Made by a program: the position numbers and the translations under genes. This document shows positions 20,471 through 29,092 of a stretch of DNA of 29,092 nucleotides, piece after piece. The stretch comes from Ginkgo biloba (taxonomy: Eukaryota > Plantae > Ginkgophyta): contig JANKJI020000002.1 in NCBI GenBank assembly GCA_024626585.2, positions 158,884,076-158,913,167 of the forward strand, given 5' to 3'. Position 1 is the stretch's first letter. Each line of letters starts with the position of its first letter. The notes under the pieces were generated by a model. It was not told the DNA's origin. It made no database searches and saw only the letters and a program-made list of their open reading frames with translations.

Positions 20471-22455
20471 TTTTTTGACCATGATATAAGGGCTATTTTG
20501 ACTCAATCAACTATGTTTGACTGGCTATTTTTATGCATATTTCTTAATTGAATGATGTCATCCTTTCTTGGTGTTTATGTCATCTTGATGTTGCAATGTT
20601 TTTTGGCACTCTTGGCTCGAAATCGTCATAATGAGGCGAATCCTAGTTTCCCTTATACAAATATCTAGTCTTTTCTCCTACATTTTGCTATAAAGGTTTT
20701 CCAGATTGGTCGAGGTCCAAATCTACTGCAAACACTTGGTAAAAAATTATGGGCCTTTTTAGTCATTTTTGCATTATTTTCAAGGCCTTCCTTTGTCTTG
20801 TAATACTTCTAAACCTTGGAAGGAAACTTTTAACATATATTTGACATCATCCTTTGCAAGCTACTCCTTCCACTCTAGATGCAAGAATTGCAAAAAAAAT
20901 GTAGATAGGATGGTTGAAACTTCTAAAACTTAAGAATGATTACTTGCTATGAAATGAAAAATTTCTTTGGTAGCCATAAGGCAAGGCAAATTTCCTCCAA
21001 AAGAAAAGTACATACTCGATTTTTAATGATTTATATTGAAGGCAAAGAATAATTGAAAAGATGATAATTATTAATACATGAATTAGACCACAAAACATCA
21101 AAATGAACAAACTAACAACCCTAAGGTTTTATTCCTTCATCATGTTTTNNNNNNNNNNNNNNNNNNNNNNNNNNNNNNNNNNNNNNNNNNNNNNNNNNNN
21201 NNNNNNNNNNNNNNNNNNNNNNNNNNNNNNNNNNNNNNNNNNNNNNNNNNNNNNNNNNNNNNNNNNNNNNNNNNNNNNNNNNNNNNNNNNNNNNNNNNNN
21301 NNNNNNNNNNNNNNNNNNNNNNNNNNNNNNNNNNNNNNNNNNNNNNNNNNNNNNNNNNNNNNNNNNNNNNNNNNNNNNNNNNNNNNNNNNNNNNNNNNNN
21401 NNNNNNNNNNNNNNNNNNNNNNNNNNNNNNNNNNNNNNNNNNNNNNNNNNNNNNNNNNNNNNNNNNNNNNNNNNNNNNNNNNNNNNNNNNNNNNNNNNNN
21501 NNNNNNNNNNNNNNNNNNNNNNNNNNNNNNNNNNNNNNNNNNNNNNNNNNNNNNNNNNNNNNNNNNNNNNNNNNNNNNNNNNNNNNNNNNNNNNNNNNNN
21601 NNNNNNNNNNNNNNNNNNNNNNNNNNNNNNNNNNNNNNNNNNNNNNNNNNNNNNNNNNNNNNNNNNNNNNNNNNNNNNNNNNNNNNNNNNNNNNNNNNNN
21701 NNNNNNNNNNNNNNNNNNNNNNNNNNNNNNNNNNNNNNNNNNNNNNNNNNNNNNNNNNNNNNNNNNNNNAAGGCATATTGCTCACAACACTTCATCCTAT
21801 GCATCTTTGGCCCTACCTCATAAGTATTTTTTGTATTCTTTTGCCCCTACTAGCCATTGATCTTCTCACAATGTCTCTAGATAAGAATAAGCTTCTTTGA
21901 TTTTTAGTGAGGTTATTCACTTGGACCCATAATTGATCATATATCCTTTTGATTTATAAGTATAGCTCCTTAAAATTTTCATCTTGTTCGTTTTCCATCC
22001 ATGTTCCTATAGCATGTTGTTAAGAATGAATTCCCCCCAATATCTAAAATACAATTCAAGAGTTTGATTATTTCTTTCTTGATGTGATTTTTTTTTTTTG
22101 AAGCAGGGTATGGATACTTTTTTCCTCATACTTTATTTTATCTCCTAATTCTTGGCTCTATTCCATGCCTATGAGAATTTCAATTTCTCCACATTTATTT
22201 TTTCAAATATATTCCTTTGTGCCTCCAAGAACATGGCCGATTCTTCCATCCCGCACTCACTCTTTGGTTGTTTGCATTTTGTTGTCATGACCTAGAAAAA
22301 TTTGCATCTTTGGAATTTTCCCTCTACTATTATATGCTTACATGGCCTTTTTGGTTGCCTTTATCTTTGGAATTTTTACAATCCTTTTCCTTTTTCATTG
22401 ACTAAAAGAGAATGAGTGCGGTTCTCAAGATAACGATTTTTCTTCATAAAAAGCA

Positions 22456-23064
22456 TGTAACAACCTGCTTTTCTACTAAACAATAAAGACATAAGATAAA
22501 CTCATAATCATGGTGTTAATAGAAATAAATAAATATCACTATTCTAACAATCAACATTTATTTATTTTTGTCAGTTCATGTTCTATTAGTAGGTTAATAG
22601 GAAAGGATTGTTAAGAGGAAATAAATTTCAATGAATATTCTAGCACCATCTGTTGGCCATGGGGATCACTTAATGCTCTTCTATGGGGTAATTCAAACCT
22701 CTGACGCATAAAATGATATCATCATCCCCTAGTGTCTATTAACAATATACTAGATTCCACCCCTCAACCCTGCACTAGAGTAGGATGCTAGGCATAATCC
22801 TAAAAGGCCTCTTTGGCATCATGGATAGCCTATCAACAAAGAGAACTATCCACCCCTTACTGATAGTTATGGTTCCATATTAAATCCCTAAGTATACTGT
22901 AATATCCCTAAACCAAAAACAACCTACCAATCTCATGGCTACAACAACATACCATAAATTCTATCTACAACAATAGACCATATTCCTAATGAATATGCCA
23001 CTAGTCACTAGTCCTATAACTACACCAATAGCTACAATCGATAGACTTGAGCATAGGAATCCAC
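22456..23064. mobile_element. LTR fragment, family X copy 2 (opposite orientation to 14131-15065)
   Basis: Starts TGTAACAACCTGCTTTTCTA versus TGTAATAACCCACTTCCCTA in the reverse complement of copy 1. Shared internal blocks include cctaccaatctcatggctacaacaacat versus cctaccagtctcatggctacaccaacat. Confidence 0.7.
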
Positions 23065-23299
23065 NNNNNNNNNNNNNNNNNNNNNNNNNNNNNNNNNNNN
23101 NNNNNNNNNNNNNNNNNNNNNNNNNNNNNNNNNNNNNNNNNNNNNNNNNNNNNNNNNNNNNNNNAAAAATACATAAGGTCCTTATTTTTTTCCATCTTCC
23201 ATTGAACTTTAGGGAAAAAGGACTCTAAATCAAAAACTCTTTTAAGACCTTCTGTTTGTCCTCCAACCCTTAATCGAGTCTTAGAACAACCATAAAAGA

Positions 23300-23910
23300 T
23301 ATTTTAGGTAGTTAGGAATCATTAAAATATTAGTCTTCAAATACTATAGAATAGATGGAATCTTTTTACCAATTTGACTGGTGCTAGATTCCATGAATAT
23401 TTCTNNNNNNNNNNNNNNNNGGAAAAAGAATGATATGTTGAGAGGTTCTTCTCAAGAATGTCTCAACTGAAAAGTGATTCTAAACTTGCAATTCTAATTA
23501 AGATACTATGCAACAAATCCACTACTAAAATCCATGTTAATTTAAATCACAAAGGATACATCTATTGAAATACAATATCCTTTTAATTATTTATATCTAT
23601 TAGGGTTCATGGAAAACCTCTCCACTATATCATTGTCATCAATATAGTTTCATAAGGGATATTTGGAAACATCATAAGAGACCCTTAAATATTTTATCAT
23701 TAGAATATTTCTAGATGTCAAATAAATAAATTCCATAAGACAAGGCTACACAAAAATTTCAACATAATATCACATCAATGTCTAATGGAAGCATTGAATA
23801 CATAGCATTCAAGATCTACACAAAATGAATAAGTGAAGTAATCACCACCTTATTAATTAGGACCCACTAATGAATTCATAAAACTTGGAATGGGATTACA
23901 ATCAGAGATA
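23300..23910 (+). pseudogene. Probable Ty1/copia RT-RNase H remnant, extremely degraded
   Basis: LQIL*/DGIFL (23335-23368) resembles copia GLQI.Q..DGIFLSQ. SMS..EYIA (~23775-23807) resembles SLSTTEAEYIA. An NQ resembling DNQSAI lies near 23900. The motifs are in the expected order. Confidence 0.4.
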
Positions 23911-24524
23911 AATATTTTTTAATGCTTGTGCTATTGTCCTTTGCATTCTATCTATATTTCAAATTGCATTTATATTAATTAGGAGGTAGTTGGTTGTTAT
24001 AATCTATCAACTAATCTATGACTAACTCCCACATGCTTGATTGTGTAATATACCAGTAAATCATAATCTTCTAATCTAATTGTTACAACTTAGACTTCAA
24101 CAAAGTTGACCTTGAAGAGTGGGACAAGGAAGGCCTTAAGGAACGTTTTAAAATTAGCCTTGAAGGATGCCACTAAACCTAATCTTAATGATGGGTCCTG
24201 GTTACTTATATTATAAATGTTGTCTAAACCCAGTGCAAAGGTAATTAAGAGAGAGAAAAATGTGAAAGAGAGGACCAAGAAATTATTTCAAGAAAGGATG
24301 CCTCCTTTTAAAGAATGATTAAAGGGCATGCTTTATCACAGAGGGTTCTCAGGGTTCAGGGTAACGTTGGGAGTGAGACCGACTCTATGTGGGGGTTAAT
24401 ATATCTTCTTTATTGGATAAATAGNNNNNNNNNNNNNNNNNNNNNNNNNNNNNNNNNNNNNNNNNNNNNNNNNNNNNNNNNNNNNNNNNNNNNNNNNNNN
24501 NNNNNNNNNNNNNNNNNNNNNNNN

Positions 24525-24751
24525 CTAAGTAAGCCCCTACAGGTGGTCGTTAAATAGCCAATAATGGTTGTTAGTTCATGTTGCCAAAACCATCCTTATG
24601 TTTAATAGTTTAGTATTCTAAGTCTTGTATGTGTTTGTACTTTTAGTACTTCATGATTTAAATAAATGAATATGCATTGTGATTTGATGACTTGTGTTTT
24701 TTTAGCATATGGTATCTTTAGCATACAAGTTTAAGAAGTAAGGATATTACA
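24525..24751. mobile_element. LTR end, family Y copy 1 (...AAGGATATTACA); a possible LTR start TGTTACAAC lies at 24081 before the gap
   Basis: The reverse complement aligns colinearly with 28163-28395, including an exact aagtacaaacacat block and gaccac....ggc.tactt. Confidence 0.65.
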
Positions 24752-25553
24752 GAAGTGACTTATAGCAAGACTATTATAGAAGCCAGATTATTATAGAAGT
24801 GACTTATATCCCATTAAATGGTTTATAATGATGCCAAACTTCTCATTTGTTTGTGCTAATTGTAACCATATAATATTTGTTGTATGTATTATATATTAAC
24901 TTGTCTTGATTGTGTTCTTCAATGAAGTTGACTCCATGGTATGGATTTGTGTGCATATGTATTTTAAAGATTTGGTTATAAATTAATATAGTTTATTTAG
25001 GTAAGATAAAGGCACTCTAAGAGATACAAGTGCACATAATATCATGCAATGCATTATTATAATTGTATGTTCTTTCTATAACGTAAATATTACATAATTA
25101 AGAATCCATGGCCATCAACTTTATGACACCATGTTAAGATATAATTGCATTTTTAGGTGTTGTATTAGTCAATAGGGAAAACAAGGTATTGGGGAAGGAA
25201 ACGTATGTGTTAGTTGTAAGGAGAAAATTGGGTATGGATCGAAGAGTAATCTAAAAGTAGCTCTCTCAAGTGAGTCTTGCTTAAAACTCACAAACTTGTT
25301 GAACTCCCACATTCCATATAGGGGATTTGGTCTATCTTTTATCTTTGTGATTTTTCAAATGACTATAACATCTTATAGTGATCTTTTTAAACAAAACTAG
25401 CTTTATTATTTAAGTAATGAGTTTTTGTTCGATTTTAAAAAAAAAATTATATTTATATTTTAAGCGTGACTTTGTTTTTAAAGCAATTGATATTGCTTAA
25501 TAATGTATGTCTTTTTCAAAGAATTTTTCTAAACCAAACAATAACAATTGCAG

Positions 25554-25754
25554 GAGCAACAATACCCGATGAAACCTGAGGACCTTGTTACTCGTACATT
25601 TGAATTAATACTAAATAAGGATATCAGTACNNNNNNNNNNNNNNNNNNNNNNNNNNNNNNNNNNNNNNNNNNNNNNNNNNNNNNNNNNNNNNNNNNNNNN
25701 NNNNNNNNNNNNNNNNNNNNNNNNNNNNNNTCAGTACAACATATAACTGTACAG
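25554..25754 (+). other. Candidate isolated host-gene exon interrupted by an assembly gap
   Basis: Has a TTGCAG acceptor ending at 25553 and a CAG|GTGATG donor at 25754/25755. The open frame reads EQQYPMKPEDLVTRTFELILNKDIS..., with AT-rich flanks lacking recognisable TE motifs. The protein is not recognised. Confidence 0.3.
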
Positions 25755-25978
25755 GTGATGTTCATTGCATGAATAAGTAAATATAAAACAATATATATAA
25801 ATGTATACATAATCTGCATGATTATTTTTAAAACATATTTAAAATTTTATATATTATATTTATATAGTGAAATAATTTGTGAAGCATTATTGTCTATGTG
25901 TGATGTAGCTATCTTGAAGAACTCTGAATTTGAGGAAGTTGATAGGATGAATACTTGGTTCATCACAACAAAGACTAC

Positions 25979-26165
25979 CCATAATCGGGGAAACCAAGTA
26001 GGTTTCTAGACTTTGAGCACATACCTACAATGAAGTCTATAAAGATGAGTCATCCTAATATATTTAGGACCTATAATCAGGGAAATCATGTATGTTTTTA
26101 ACCTTTGAGTACATGCCTACAAAAATGCCTATAAATATGAGTTGTCCTCATTGATTTTTTAGGCC
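25979..26165. repeat. Two-copy tandem duplication, period 92 bp
   Basis: ataatcggggaaaccaagtaggtttctagactttgagcacatacctacaa at 25981 aligns with ataatcagggaaatcatgtatgtttttaacctttgagtacatgcctacaa at 26073. Confidence 0.8.
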
Positions 26166-28162
26166 CTTGTCACAATATGGCAGTAGGAACTAGGTGTTGT
26201 TAGTATAATATTCACATAGACCTTATGATAATAATTTTAGGGTATCCATGAATGTTTGCATTGAGGCTATCATACATATCCCTTAGGGTGGTAATCCACT
26301 AGCTCTATGGAAGGTGTTTGTGTGAGGTTGGCCAATGACTATCTTCTATCATAATCTTAAAGGATCGACCACACAACTATCTTCCATCATGAGTTCAAAG
26401 GGTCTACCTAAATGTCCTATCTATGGATTCTTTTTGGTGCTTTTCAATTGGAATTTTAGAGCAATTATTGAGTGCAATAAAGACTTGTTGTTTTGTTTAG
26501 TCATTCATAAAGAGAGACTTAGATACAATGTTAGATCTATTCCCATTATTGCTAGTGTAGGGATTCGTAGAGATGGAGACACTTGTATCTAGAGAAGAGT
26601 ATAAATTGCATGGAGTAGGACATGTGGGGTTGCCTTTAGAGACTAATGAGAATATTTTAAATTGGACATGAGAATCATGCTAGAGAGATGAGTTATTCAT
26701 GATAGTAAAAAGCACCTTGCCTTAAGAAGGGTAAAAATTATTTATTTTTAATCATTTAATATCTTAGGCACCAATACTCATATAACCTATACTTATCTCA
26801 GGGATTGCTCAATATACTTGAAAGACCCTTATGGCCTCTAATTGTCTTAATCACAATAATAATTTATTTATTGTACTTTTACCTTATTTCACTACTTCCA
26901 AGATAATGTGATTTTCTAAGTTGTAGCACTCTTGATTGTATTCGTACTCTTAGTGCTATCATCAAGGAGGATCAATGAAAGCATTTGAAAGTATCCTACT
27001 ACTTTTTATACTTTCACAATGCCTTTGACACAACATCAAGAAACCTCCTCATAGAGAGACTACATAGGATGGGTATTCTAGATGATCGTTGTTGATTACA
27101 TTTTGGTCTTTTACAGAAATAGGGTTAGCATGATCAATGTGGTACCACTGAGTCCTAACAGCAAGGTTGTTGCTCTCACCAACGATTGAGTGTTAGGGTG
27201 GTTGTCCACATTGATATGGTNNNNNNNNNNNNNNNNNNNNNNNNNNNNNNNNNNNNNNNNNNNNNNNNNNNNNNNNNNNNNNNNNNNNNNNNNNNNNNNN
27301 NNNNNNNNNNNNNNNNNNNNNNNNNNNNNNNNNNNNNNNNNNNNNNNNNNNNNNNNNNNNNNNNNNNNNNNNNNNNNNNNNNNNNNNNNNNNNNNNNNNN
27401 NNNNNNNNNNNNNNNNNNNNNNNNNNNNNNNNNNNNNNNNNNNNNNNNNNNNNNNNNNNNNNNNNNNNNNNNNNNNNNNNNNNNNNNNNNNNNNNNNNNN
27501 NNNNNNNNNNNNNNNNNNNNNNNNNNNNNNNNNNNNNNNNNNNNNNNNNNNNNNNNNNNNNNNNNNNNNNNNNNNNNNNNNNNNNNNNNNNNNNNNNNNN
27601 NNNNNNNNNNNNNNNNNNNNNNNNNNNNNNNNNNNNNNNNNNNNNNNNNNNNNNNNNNNNNNNNNNNNNNNNNNNNNNNNNNNNNNNNNNNNNNNNNNNN
27701 NNNNNNNNNNNNNNNNNNNNNNNNNNNNNNNNNNNNNNNNNNNNNNNNNNNNNNNNNNNNNNNNNNNNNNNNNNNNNNNNNNNNNNNNNNNNNNNNNNNN
27801 NNNNNNNCTCACTCGAGGTTACTCCTTTGAACGTCCTCGTTCAAAATTTTTGAAGCTCCATTTGTGACTGTCTTGCCCCTTCAAAAATTTGAGTTCTCTT
27901 TTGTGAACTTGGGTACTTTGATCCTGTTTTTCCGTAGTAGATTCTCCAACTATTCTACTTTCCACTCACCGCCCATATTTACCAACTGTGCATGTGCCTC
28001 GTCAGCTTCTTTTATGACTTTTTGGGTGATTTTGGTTGCCTCCACCAACTTGGTCTGAAGTTCAAAATTTTCTTTCTGCTCACAATCACACTTTAAGATC
28101 CATACTCCTATCTTGGAAATGAGCGACTACAATCTGGGATTTTGGATAAGATTATGGTACCA

Positions 28163-28420
28163 TATAACATTCCTGCTTCATAAACCTATAGGCTAATACT
28201 ATTAAATGTTGTAAGATAAGTGATCAACGTAAAAATGCATAAAGAAATATTCATCATATTCATTACTCAAGTTTTGCAAGTACAAACACATTTTAGGCAT
28301 AAAAGACTAGACCATTAGGGGAAAAGGTATAGTTGACAACTTAAACTAGCATCAACTATTAGCCATTAGGGACCACTTAAAATGGCCTACTTGTCTACCA
28401 ACCAAACCTCTATGCTAGCC
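28163..28420. mobile_element. LTR, family Y copy 2 (opposite orientation), possibly extending further right
   Basis: Starts T[G>A]TAACATTCCTGCTTC and is homologous to the reverse complement of 24525-24751. Confidence 0.65.
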
Positions 28421-29092
28421 ATTAGAACCAAGCATCCTTCTTGTTTGATTCTACCCCTTATAGCCAAATAAGAGTATTAGGTGTAAGTTTATTTTGAACC
28501 TCTCTTCAAAACTAGTGTTATCTCCCAATGAGATATCCACCCCACTAGGGTGAAAATGATTACTTACTTTCACTCGAGGTAAAAATGGTTACTTACTTGC
28601 ACCTACCATGCAAGTAACTTATGCTCTTGGTCACCGCTACCCCCCACATCCATATGCCTCTCTCTTTCCACCAATCCATGCAAAAAGGCCAAAAAATTGG
28701 GAAACCACCTCTGTACTCTACCGATTGCCAATTTACACCAAAACCAAATGGAATTCTGAAGTGGATAGGCTTAAGGAATGCAAAAAGGCTTGGAAAACAA
28801 TGTCAATTATGGGGACAAATCAAACCCCATCAAAGGTAAAAGGGAAACTTTAACTCCAAAAATGTTCACTTTTGGAGTAGATAAAGAACAGGTTAGTAAG
28901 GTGATCAACTTATGCTAAAGAGGATCCTCTAATGAACTATGTCTTACTTTTTTTGTTGTTTTCAATGATGAAAGTCTTAATTACTATTATAATTTCATAT
29001 TTTTGTTTTTTTTCTACATTGATTAATGTCATCATTTACTCTACAAGGGTCAATACATGAGGATGGTATTGCATGGTTGAAAAATATGACTT

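Noticed and set aside
21103-21900. Long ORFs (218-265 aa) in the ORF track, and likewise at 27111-27867
   Set aside because: They consist almost entirely of N-gap translated as X, so they are artefacts.
28608-28853. 81-aa ORF as a protein-coding gene
   Set aside because: It has no recognisable domain and lies in LTR-like sequence.

Overview
This AT-rich, heavily gapped window (many 100-N placeholders) looks like a scaffold from a large land-plant genome. The gag, LINE and integrase remnants resemble gymnosperm/fern-type elements, which is an inference from recalled family motifs. It is essentially a nested graveyard of decayed retrotransposons. These comprise several Ty3/gypsy chromovirus pieces (gag, protease, RT start, and integrase+chromodomain with PPT and 3' LTR), Athila/Tat-type pieces (tRNA-Asp PBS+LTR, protease, integrase C-terminus), an L1-type LINE ORF2 remnant, a probable Copia RT/RNase H remnant, and many LTR fragments. 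Two LTR families each occur twice in opposite orientation. I found no intact gene, RNA gene or CRISPR array, and no convincing novel biological system. The most notable items are three unrelated arrays of ~26-30-bp palindromic units, a C-x2-H-x4-H-x4-C Gag knuckle shared by two compositionally different copies, unassigned coding-like remnants, and one candidate host exon. All family calls come from manual translation and motif recognition; no database search was run.
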